From: a virus
Taxonomy: Duplodnaviria; Caudoviricetes
Reading direction: 5' to 3' (one strand)
DNA: 28,882 nt
IMG/VR virus record: IMGVR_UViG_3300027622_000042
Span: 1-28,882 of that record
Shown here: positions 9,535 to 16,733 of the stretch, in pieces
Numbering within the stretch: the first letter of the stretch is position 1
How the letters are laid out: each line of letters begins with the position of its first letter
Notes under the pieces: model-generated
Databases searched by the model: none
Seen by the model: the letters and a program-made list of their open reading frames with translations, nothing else
Told to the model about the DNA's origin: nothing
Position numbers and translations under genes: made by a program

Positions 9535-9831
9535 ATGAAACCTTATGATACAATTACATATTATTGTCCAGTATGTCATCAAAGAAATGAGCATGTACTT
9601 TATCATCCTCACGGTAAGAATGAATTTTACCATGCAACAAATATTCCATCAAAAATAGCGGTACAAATAGTACCAACATCGGTGAATTGTAAAGGATGTG
9701 ATCGACCAATAGATTTATGTCTAGAAGATGCTCCTGTGAGACAATATAACCTTTTAGCCAGAGTAGACTGTTCTAATCAACCCGCAGGAATGGACAGTTG
9801 GTATGATTGGGGCGGGGACACAAATCCGTGA
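9535..9831 (+). CDS. zinc-finger hypothetical protein
   Basis: CPVC and CKGC pairs; GGAG RBS. Confidence 0.7.
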   Translation: MKPYDTITYYCPVCHQRNEHVLYHPHGKNEFYHATNIPSKIAVQIVPTSVNCKGCDRPIDLCLEDAPVRQYNLLARVDCSNQPAGMDSWYDWGGDTNP

Positions 9832-9848
9832 TTTAATGCGGTTTAAAT

Positions 9849-9916
9849 GCGATTTAACGCGATATTATGATAAAGGCATAGTAGGGTATACCTATAATTA
9901 AATACCGTTAAATCGC
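9849..9916. repeat. intergenic inverted repeat / long hairpin
   Basis: GCGATTTAACG (9849-9859) and CGTTAAATCGC (9906-9916) are perfect 11-bp complements; inner TAGG-GTATA-CCTA. Confidence 0.6.
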
Positions 9917-9932
9917 CGTATAGCGCGTCAAT

Positions 9933-9980
9933 AACTCCTTTAAAAACAACGAGTTATAACCCTTTATATATCAAATAGTT
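9933..9980. repeat. two tandem palindromic 23-bp boxes, 25-bp period
   Basis: aactcctttaaaaacaacgagtt (9933-9955) and aaccctttatatatcaaatagtt (9958-9980). Confidence 0.6.
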
Positions 9981-9996
9981 AATAAAACGCAAGGTT

Positions 9997-10029
9997 TTCC
10001 TTGTATATCATGTTATATTTTGGTATAAT
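9997..10029 (+). promoter_or_regulatory. sigma70-type (early) promoter with extended -10
   Basis: TTCC-TTGTAT(10001-10006)-17 nt-TATAAT(10024-10029), with TG before the -10. Confidence 0.75.
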
Positions 10030-10054
10030 GGTAGTATAAATGAGAGGAGATTGT

Positions 10055-10171
10055 ATGGAACAGTTTTGTAAAGCCGTTGGTGGGATAGTTATCACTGTGT
10101 TTGTTATTACTTATATAATGGCAGCAGTCTTCGCACCATTTGGTATTGTCTATTTAGTTTTAGCAAATTAA
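10055..10171 (+). CDS. micro membrane protein (38 aa)
   Basis: AGGAG RBS; MEQFCKAVGGIVITVFVITYIMAAVFAPFGIVYLVLAN. Confidence 0.65.
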   Translation: MEQFCKAVGGIVITVFVITYIMAAVFAPFGIVYLVLAN

Positions 10172-10181
10172 GGAGGATATT

Positions 10182-10256
10182 ATGGAATTAGTTGCAATTG
10201 GTATTGGTGTTTATTTAATTGTTGGTTATGTCATATTACCGTTTATTACGGGATAA
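10182..10256 (+). CDS. micro membrane protein (24 aa)
   Basis: AGGAGG RBS; MELVAIGIGVYLIVGYVILPFITG. Confidence 0.6.
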   Translation: MELVAIGIGVYLIVGYVILPFITG

Positions 10257-10265
10257 GGAGCTCAA

Positions 10266-10448
10266 ATGAAACGCTTTTTTAAAGTTGGACAAGAGTATTT
10301 TGAAAATAAAATGGTTGCAAAAAAACATCGAAATACTCTTGAGGGTTACACACCTGTTATTGATAAAGAGACAGGTCTTCCAAAACCTCATGTCTGGAAA
10401 CATGAAGTTAAGCGAGGTCCTGATCATTGGAAAGGATCAAGTAAGTAA
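10266..10448 (+). CDS. small basic hypothetical protein
   Basis: 60 aa, AAGGAG RBS, TAATG overlap with kinase gene. Confidence 0.65.
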   Translation: MKRFFKVGQEYFENKMVAKKHRNTLEGYTPVIDKETGLPKPHVWKHEVKRGPDHWKGSSK

Positions 10449-11029
10449 TGTTTCCTATTTTCGGATTAGTTAATCCAGAAGGAGAACCTATGCTGATTGG
10501 ATTTGCTGGTAAAGCAAGAAGTGGTAAGGATACTGCTGCAAAGTTTTTATGTGATGAATATCGGTGTTTGCATTATTCTTTCGCAAAGCCAATTAAAGAT
10601 TCTTGTAAAATTATGTTTCAGTTGACGGATGAGCAGGAACGAAATAAAGAACAAGTAATTGAGCCTTGGGGATATTCCCCTCGAAAGATGTATCAACATA
10701 TAGGAACGGATATTGGGAGGTCTTTAGATCCTAATATCTGGGTTAAGAATGCCGAAATTTTTGTCAAGAAAAATTTAGGAAGAACAGTTGTAATTAGTGA
10801 TGTCCGTTTTAGTAATGAAGCTATGTGGATTCATAATCGGGGTGGAGTAGTAGTACAAATTATCAGAGGAGATAATGAAGGTATTACTGAAAGTCTTCAC
10901 GCATCTGAACATGGTATGACTGATAAAGATTATGATGCTACTATTTACAATAATGGTACGATAGAAGATTTGCATAATGAATTGCGGACATGTTCTCAAG
11001 AAACAATGTTTGAAGTCTTAAACGATTAA
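10448..11029 (+). CDS. deoxynucleoside monophosphate kinase (T4 gp1-like)
   Basis: P-loop GKARSGKDT, FAKPIK, ISDVRFSNE, HASE, NNGTIEDL; true start may be the later MLIGF (GGAG RBS). Confidence 0.9.
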   Translation: MFPIFGLVNPEGEPMLIGFAGKARSGKDTAAKFLCDEYRCLHYSFAKPIKDSCKIMFQLTDEQERNKEQVIEPWGYSPRKMYQHIGTDIGRSLDPNIWVKNAEIFVKKNLGRTVVISDVRFSNEAMWIHNRGGVVVQIIRGDNEGITESLHASEHGMTDKDYDATIYNNGTIEDLHNELRTCSQETMFEVLND

Positions 11030-11034
11030 AAGAG

Positions 11035-11042
11035 TATAAATA
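11035..11042 (+). promoter_or_regulatory. T4-type late promoter TATAAATA
   Basis: Exact consensus, intergenic, about 7 nt upstream of the predicted tmRNA acceptor-piece start. Confidence 0.7.
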
Positions 11043-11049
11043 TTAATAT

Positions 11050-11357
11050 TGCTGTATAATCTTAGAGTGAAAGTTTTTTTGGACAGGGGTTCGATTCCCC
11101 TCGCCTCCACCAATTTAGATGCGGACTATAAAGTTGATGGAATTTGTTTAAACAGAAGGATCCGCGACTCCTCAAGTTAACAATATGGGGGTGACTAGGT
11201 TTCGACAGGATAATGGAAACTATAAGACAGCACGGAGAAGAATGATGGCTTCGTTAACAATCATTCAAACTATAACCGCTAACGATTACGACTTAGCGCT
11301 TGCTGCTTAATTATTAGTAGCGGAGTCCGAGGGTACTTGTCAACAGAAACCCTCACC
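11050..11357 (+). ncRNA. ssrA: circularly permuted (two-piece) tmRNA
   Basis: 3' tRNA-like end first: T-arm AGGGG-TTCGATT-CCCCT, CGCCTCC-A-CCA ending 11112; 74-nt intervening segment; 5' end GGGGGTG at 11187 (G3-U70 Ala identity); pk1 11232-11266; tag ANDYDLALAA* at 11278-11310; TGCTGT(11050-55) pairs with ACAGCA(11227-32). Outer ends approximate. Confidence 0.92.
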
Positions 11358-11375
11358 TAATTTAAAGGAGAACTT

Positions 11376-11456
11376 ATGAGATTATTTGAACCAGCTATAA
11401 TATTAGCCCTAATTATGTTACCATGGTTATTATATAGTATTTGGATAACACCTTAG
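11376..11456 (+). CDS. micro membrane protein (26 aa)
   Basis: AAGGAG RBS; MRLFEPAIILALIMLPWLLYSIWITP. Confidence 0.55.
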   Translation: MRLFEPAIILALIMLPWLLYSIWITP

Positions 11457-11463
11457 TAAGTTG

Positions 11464-11496
11464 TTCCTTGTATAGAATTCTTCGTTATGGTATAAT
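11464..11496 (+). promoter_or_regulatory. sigma70-type promoter with extended -10
   Basis: TTCC-TTGTAT(11468-11473)-17 nt-TATAAT(11491-11496). Confidence 0.75.
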
Positions 11497-11565
11497 GGAG
11501 ATGTTGTTATGATGAATTGATATAAGTACTTTCATCATGTTTTTAAATCCTTTGAAGGAGATGTT

Positions 11566-11781
11566 ATGGGTATGACTATGAAACGTGGCGCACCTAGAGT
11601 GGGTCGAAGATACGCACGTAAGATGACTCGTCTTGAGTGTGAAGCAACTGATTTGCCCCGCTGGGTAAGTATTTACACGAGTCCAGCAACCGGCGAAACT
11701 GCGTTTAAGAATGCAGACATCGTTGGTGGTGCAAAAACCGTTAATGCTATCCGAAAGAAACTGAATAAGTTTTGGGGATAA
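11566..11781 (+). CDS. small basic hypothetical protein
   Basis: 71 aa, Arg/Lys-rich, AAGGAG RBS, own promoter and terminator. Confidence 0.75.
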   Translation: MGMTMKRGAPRVGRRYARKMTRLECEATDLPRWVSIYTSPATGETAFKNADIVGGAKTVNAIRKKLNKFWG

Positions 11782-11800
11782 TATTAGCCAATAGGTAAAG

Positions 11801-11828
11801 AGTAGGGACTTTCGGGTCCCTGCTTTTT
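11801..11828 (+). terminator. rho-independent terminator
   Basis: AGTAGGGAC-TTTCGG-GTCCCTGCT followed by T-run. Confidence 0.85.
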
Positions 11829-11837
11829 CCATTTATT

Positions 11838-11966
11838 ATGTTTAGATATATATTTAAAAATAAACAATTTTCAAAATGGTTACTTAGGATATATATTGTG
11901 TGGTGTGTCATCGCAGATTTAGCATTACTTGGTGGCATTGTTTGGGGTTTTGTTTATTTTTGGTGA
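11838..11966 (+). CDS. micro membrane protein (42 aa)
   Basis: MFRYIFKNKQFSKWLLRIYIVWCVIADLALLGGIVWGFVYFW; basic N-terminus plus TM; no clear RBS. Confidence 0.45.
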   Translation: MFRYIFKNKQFSKWLLRIYIVWCVIADLALLGGIVWGFVYFW

Positions 11967-11970
11967 TATT

Positions 11971-12045
11971 ATGATTGAAATTTTTATTATATATCCCGTG
12001 GCAGTTTATGTGTTAGGGGGTATCATTTATTATTTAACAACGTGA
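11971..12045 (+). CDS. micro membrane protein (24 aa)
   Basis: MIEIFIIYPVAVYVLGGIIYYLTT; GGTGA SD-like element; abuts the next RBS. Confidence 0.45.
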   Translation: MIEIFIIYPVAVYVLGGIIYYLTT

Positions 12046-12052
12046 GGTAATT

Positions 12053-12607
12053 ATGAAGAAGTTATTTTTAATATCTTTTCTCCTATTTGCGTCTGTAGCA
12101 GAAGCAGGTTGGATGGATAAAAAAATGATGGAAATGAGTCAAAGAGAATTTGATAAGCAAAGTATGATTTGTCTTGCAAAAAATATTTATTTTGAAGCAA
12201 GAGATCAATCTACAAAGGGTCAGATAGGTGTAGCATTGGTCACTATAAATAGGGTTAAGAGTAAACATTTTCCAAATACAATGTGTGAAGTAGTACATCA
12301 AGGACAAAAAAAGAATGGGAAAATGTTATTACATAAATGTCATTTTAGTTGGTATTGTGATGGTAAATCAGATACACCGAGAGATAGAATGTCATGGGCG
12401 ATTTCAAAATTAATAGCTCGAGCTATGTTAATGAAGCCTGGAGTTCATATTAAACATTTTGGTGAGAAGTGGGAGATAGAAGATTTTTTACATGGTGCAA
12501 CACATTATCATAGAGTGGATATTAATCCACCATATTGGACAGCAAAGATGTTAAAATATTCAACGATTGATGATCATATATTTTATATAGATCCATATAG
12601 AAGATAA
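12053..12607 (+). CDS. SleB/CwlJ-like cell wall hydrolase (Hydrolase_2)
   Basis: Signal peptide; CLAKNIYFEAR, V..V..NRV....FPNT.C.VV.Q, FSWYCDG, GATHYH, IDDHIFY. Confidence 0.9.
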   Translation: MKKLFLISFLLFASVAEAGWMDKKMMEMSQREFDKQSMICLAKNIYFEARDQSTKGQIGVALVTINRVKSKHFPNTMCEVVHQGQKKNGKMLLHKCHFSWYCDGKSDTPRDRMSWAISKLIARAMLMKPGVHIKHFGEKWEIEDFLHGATHYHRVDINPPYWTAKMLKYSTIDDHIFYIDPYRR

Positions 12608-12645
12608 GCTGAAATGATTACTATACTAGACAAGAGGATTTTCAT

Positions 12646-13209
12646 ATGGCAAAAACAAATACTCCTGAAGAACGGAAAACCGTAACACCAGAAGATAGTA
12701 ATATATATTTGTTTATGAGTCCGGTCAATGAAGAAACGTGTAGAGATTTAATATCATTTGTAATTGCAAAAAATTTAGAAAATCCTAAAGCAAAATATTT
12801 ACAGGTATTAATTAATTCAGGTGGCGGTGATTTAAATGCAGCGTTTGCTGTAATAGATATTATAAGAGGAAGTCCGATACCAATACGAACTATTGGATTG
12901 GGAACGATTGCCTCGGCCGCTTTTGCAATTTTTATTTCTGGGGCGAAAGGACATAGAACATTAACACCAAATACCAGTATAATGAGTCATCAATATACTT
13001 GGGGTGCATATGGTAAAGAGCATGAATTATTTTCTACAGTTAAAGAATATGAATTAACTACACAACGAATGATAGCACATTATAAAAAATGTACCGGATT
13101 AAATGAGAAAAAAATTAGACAATACCTATTACCACCACATGATGTTTGGTTAAGTGGTAAAGAAGCAAAGAAGTTAGGTATATGTGATAATGTAAAGGTT
13201 ATGGAATAA
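12646..13209 (+). CDS. clpP: ATP-dependent Clp protease proteolytic subunit (ClpP-like)
   Basis: INSGGG, IASAA (Ser), IMSHQ (His), HDVWLSGKEAKKLGICD (Asp): triad appears intact. Confidence 0.88.
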   Translation: MAKTNTPEERKTVTPEDSNIYLFMSPVNEETCRDLISFVIAKNLENPKAKYLQVLINSGGGDLNAAFAVIDIIRGSPIPIRTIGLGTIASAAFAIFISGAKGHRTLTPNTSIMSHQYTWGAYGKEHELFSTVKEYELTTQRMIAHYKKCTGLNEKKIRQYLLPPHDVWLSGKEAKKLGICDNVKVME

Positions 13210-13415
13210 TGGCAATAGATATTTCTGAGACTATAGAAGAAATAGTTAAAAAGAAACGTATATCATATATGGATGCTATTCTGGAATATACTGATGAAAT
13301 AGATGGTGAGATTGAAGGAGTAGCAAAATTATTAAATAAATCTATTAAAGATAAAATTGAAGCAGAGGCACAATCATTGAATATGATGAAAAAACAACCA
13401 AAGCTTCCAATTTAG
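13209..13415 (+). CDS. gp33: late-promoter transcription coactivator gp33
   Basis: IEEIV.....SYMDAIL.Y.......E.VAKLL.K.IKDKIEAEA..LN; canonical position upstream of gp32. Confidence 0.85.
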   Translation: MAIDISETIEEIVKKKRISYMDAILEYTDEIDGEIEGVAKLLNKSIKDKIEAEAQSLNMMKKQPKLPI

Positions 13416-13487
13416 AGAGGAGGATATTAACCGCTATATAATGATAAACAGTAATATAACAATATAACGAAATAAGGAGTAATAAGT

Positions 13488-14333
13488 ATGGCTAGTTTTA
13501 AAGATTTAAAAAAGAATAGAATGTCCAACCTAGAGTCCCTCTCTAAGCAAGTAGAGAAACTCGCAGAAAAACCCTCGTATGAAGATGACCGTATTTGGAA
13601 ATGTGAACGTGATAAGTCTGGTAATGGTTATGCGGTTATTCGTTTTCTTCCTGCCTCTGACAACGACCTAGATGTACCTTGGGCACAACTTTGGTCACAT
13701 GGTTTCAAAGGTCCTGGTGGATGGTATATTGAGAACTCTTTAACCACTATTGGTAAAGATGATCCAGTATCAAAAGCTAATACAGCATTGTGGAACTCTG
13801 GTATTGAATCAGATAAGAACATTGCTAGAGATCGTAAACGAAAATTAAGTTATTATTCTAATATTCTGGTACTAGAGGATAGTGCTAATGCAGAGAATGA
13901 AGGAAAAGTATTTTTATTTCGTTACGGTAAGAAAATCTTTGAGAAGATTACAAGTGTAATGAATCCTGAATTTAAGGATGAAACTCCTCTTAACCCGTTC
14001 GACTTCTGGGAAGGTGCAAACTTCAAAATTAAAATCCGTCAGATTGAGGGATATGCAAATTATGATAAGTCTGAATTTGCTACACCTTCTGCTTTATATG
14101 AGGGTAATGATGCGAAGTGTGAGGAAGTTTGGAAGCAACAATATCTTTTAAAAGAGTTTGTTAGTCCAGATAATTTCAAATCATATCAGGAATTGGAAGC
14201 ACGCTTTAATACTGTTATTGCTCATCAAGGTGAGGAGTATGCTGGTAATGTTGAGGAAGCTGCTGAACAGCCAACTGCGAACAAAGAAGGTGATGATTCA
14301 TTAGATTATTTTAAGAAGTTAGCAGAACAGTAA
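13488..14333 (+). CDS. gp32: single-stranded DNA-binding protein gp32
   Basis: DDRIWK..DKSGNGYAVIRFLP, HGFKGPGGWYIEN, YGKKIFEKI, PFDFWEGANFKIK, YDKSEF; acidic tail. Confidence 0.97.
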   Translation: MASFKDLKKNRMSNLESLSKQVEKLAEKPSYEDDRIWKCERDKSGNGYAVIRFLPASDNDLDVPWAQLWSHGFKGPGGWYIENSLTTIGKDDPVSKANTALWNSGIESDKNIARDRKRKLSYYSNILVLEDSANAENEGKVFLFRYGKKIFEKITSVMNPEFKDETPLNPFDFWEGANFKIKIRQIEGYANYDKSEFATPSALYEGNDAKCEEVWKQQYLLKEFVSPDNFKSYQELEARFNTVIAHQGEEYAGNVEEAAEQPTANKEGDDSLDYFKKLAEQ

Positions 14334-14341
14334 AACTGGTA

Positions 14342-14367
14342 ATAATGGGGACTTAAGTCCCCATTAT
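14342..14367. terminator. probable bidirectional terminator between convergent genes
   Basis: Perfect palindrome ATAATGGGGAC-TTAA-GTCCCCATTAT. Confidence 0.75.
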
Positions 14368-16538
14368 GCTGGGACACTAACCTTTTCTTCCTGTACACGA
14401 TTATCATCACCGACTGCATTTGTAGCAGTAAAGTTTTGGGTAGTATCTCCACCCCTATTTGTTTGTACATTTATAGCACCGGTACCCGGAGTTCCTCCAG
14501 CAGTTTGACTTTTTTGTAACATAGCTAATTGAATACCTGTATCGTTTCTTAAGTAAGCAGCTTCCCTTGCCCTTCTTCCACCATAATTATCATTAAAATC
14601 ATCTAATTCACCAGCAGCACCTTCCCAATCACCAGTTTGCATTGCGTTTCTAAATTTAGGTGTTTTGCTTAAACTTCCGTATTGAAATGCAACAGATGCA
14701 GCGATTGTTTTTTGTCCTGAGGATAAATCTGCAAACATTGTTCCATTTATTTCTTTTGCACGTTTATTCCATTCACCTTTGAGTTTCGACATGGCACTGC
14801 CTTTTGACATGGCATCAATTTCTTTTGCCTCTTTGGCAGTAATCTTTAATCCTTTTTTAATTTTTAATGCTAATACAGCATTTTGTCCTTTAAGTCCAAC
14901 GAAAGGTGCTAGTTTATTTATTAGTGCTGGTGATAATCCTGCAAGATCCTTTTCATTTCTTGCACCTAAATCAAATCCCGTAGCAATTGTTACACCAGAT
15001 TTAGAACCATCTGGATCAGGAACATAGCCTTCTAATTTTGAACCACCTTCTTTTGATGAAATAAATCCCCAATCAACAGTACCTTTTTTAATTTTAACAG
15101 GAGCAGATATTATTGATGCTGGGGGAACAGTTTTTGTTGGTTCTACTGGTTTTTCAACACCAAGTGCTTCGTTAATTTCTTTAATGCTTCGATTAATTTG
15201 TGCTTTTCTTGCAGCATCACGAGGATCAAGTCTTTGTGCTTCTTGGACTAGAGCTTCTCTTTGTGATTTAAGTTCATCTTCACCACCCTTTAATGCAGCT
15301 TTCGTTGCTCCTTTTTTCGTTTGTTTTCTAAATTCACCAGTTACACGCTCTTGTTCTTTTTTACTAAATACTAAGTTATATGCAGATTTGAAGAAACTAA
15401 CAATACTCTTTGACCACGACTTAGCAATATCTGGTGATAATAGACCGCCAGTTACTATCCTTAAGAATCCTTCTATACCTGTTTCAAAAGCCTTTTGTAC
15501 AGTACCACCTCCAGCAATAACTTTATATCCGTCATACAATCCCACACCAACAGCAGTCGCAAGACCTAATATACCAACACCTCTCGCAACTCCCATAAGT
15601 CCTTTTCCAATACCAGCGAGAGGTATTTTAGAAATAATACTTCCTACTTTACCAATAAAACCTCCAGCGCCTTTTGCGCCAAATAGCATTCCTTTTAAAG
15701 CTAATCTTAATGGAGCTTGTAGCATTGTTTTTACTATGCCACCTTTGAAAAGTGCTCCGAATAGAAAGAGTCCACCTATTGCTTTAAAAACATGAATCAT
15801 TTTCGACATTAAACTATCTGGATTTTCTGCAGAGGAGAACCATTCAGTCCATTTTGCTTTAATGTCTTTACTTAAGGATCCCTCATATCCAAGTAAATTG
15901 GCACCCCAATTCATTATATTAGCAGCGGTACTCGTAAAGTAATTTCCAATTTTTCCTATTGCACTCATAACAGATTTAAATTTTTCTGCTAAGGTCATAT
16001 TTTCCCAGCCTTTAAATGTTTCACCAAGATCCTCAAATACCTTTGTTATGAGTTTAAATTGTTCTATAATAGCTTCAACGGTTATTGGTAATGCTTTTTC
16101 CTTTATCCACTTCGCTATTCCTACGACAATTGGTTTCATTGTATTATATATTGATTCCAATGCCCCCATGAAAGATGTCCAAATTTCTCCCAACTGTTTC
16201 ATATTGAGTTGTGAAAATATAGCAACAAGACCAACACCCAATAAACCCATAATAATCTTTTTATACTTAGACATCATTTTTTTAATGCCGTCTAACATAC
16301 TTTTACCACCATCAACAACACCACCACCAGCACTTTTTAAGATACCTTTTAAAGACTCTAAAAACTTTTTATCACCTGCTTTTTTCTCTTTATCACCTTC
16401 TACATCTCTTGGAGGTGGAGCGGCAATAATTTTAGCTTGGGCTTTAATACTTTCATTAACTGTGGTTAGAAGTTCATTAGTCTTCTTCTGAGCAGCTGTT
16501 AATTCTTTTATGACTGTTAATTGTGGTGTGTCTGGCAT
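14364..16538 (-). CDS. tape-measure-like (gp29-position) protein with C-terminal pesticin-type muramidase domain
   Basis: 724 aa, helical Gly/Ala/Lys-rich with hydrophobic segments; VDWGFISSKEGG..GYVP...SGVTIATGFDLG...SVAFQYG...RR.REA; lies after gp26/gp51. Confidence 0.75.
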   Translation of the reverse strand: MPDTPQLTVIKELTAAQKKTNELLTTVNESIKAQAKIIAAPPPRDVEGDKEKKAGDKKFLESLKGILKSAGGGVVDGGKSMLDGIKKMMSKYKKIIMGLLGVGLVAIFSQLNMKQLGEIWTSFMGALESIYNTMKPIVVGIAKWIKEKALPITVEAIIEQFKLITKVFEDLGETFKGWENMTLAEKFKSVMSAIGKIGNYFTSTAANIMNWGANLLGYEGSLSKDIKAKWTEWFSSAENPDSLMSKMIHVFKAIGGLFLFGALFKGGIVKTMLQAPLRLALKGMLFGAKGAGGFIGKVGSIISKIPLAGIGKGLMGVARGVGILGLATAVGVGLYDGYKVIAGGGTVQKAFETGIEGFLRIVTGGLLSPDIAKSWSKSIVSFFKSAYNLVFSKKEQERVTGEFRKQTKKGATKAALKGGEDELKSQREALVQEAQRLDPRDAARKAQINRSIKEINEALGVEKPVEPTKTVPPASIISAPVKIKKGTVDWGFISSKEGGSKLEGYVPDPDGSKSGVTIATGFDLGARNEKDLAGLSPALINKLAPFVGLKGQNAVLALKIKKGLKITAKEAKEIDAMSKGSAMSKLKGEWNKRAKEINGTMFADLSSGQKTIAASVAFQYGSLSKTPKFRNAMQTGDWEGAAGELDDFNDNYGGRRAREAAYLRNDTGIQLAMLQKSQTAGGTPGTGAINVQTNRGGDTTQNFTATNAVGDDNRVQEEKVSVPA

Positions 16539-16544
16539 TTAATT

Positions 16545-16733
16545 TTACCTTTGTTGTTCACGTTTTTGTCTTTCGTTTTCTTCTTCAATATATTTCATTA
16601 ATAGCATTAAATAAATTTCACGCTCCCATGGAATTAAATTTTCCACCTCAGCCAAGGAGTATTTATGATGTTGCATCAAATTAAAGTTTGTAGTGTAATA
16701 ATTTGTTACTGATTCATGGCCAAGGCTTAGGCG
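16545..16733 (-). CDS. gp51: gp51-like baseplate hub assembly domain, probably expressed by -1 frameshift from gp26
   Basis: NYYTTNFNLMQHHKYSLAEVENLIPWEREIYL motif; -1 frame relative to gp26; no convincing own start/RBS. Confidence 0.8.
   Translation of the reverse strand, partial: RLSLGHESVTNYYTTNFNLMQHHKYSLAEVENLIPWEREIYLMLLMKYIEEENERQKREQQR

Noticed and set aside
11081-11112. Stand-alone tRNA or attP-like tRNA 3' fragment
   Set aside because: No D/anticodon arms upstream; the matching 5' acceptor strand and tag ORF lie downstream, so it is part of a permuted tmRNA
1105-13822. Short minus-strand and alternate-frame ORFs overlapping identified genes (e.g. 1105-1392, 6300-6614, 8033-8356, 11485-11832)
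   Set aside because: Overlap well-supported + strand CDSs and show no motifs
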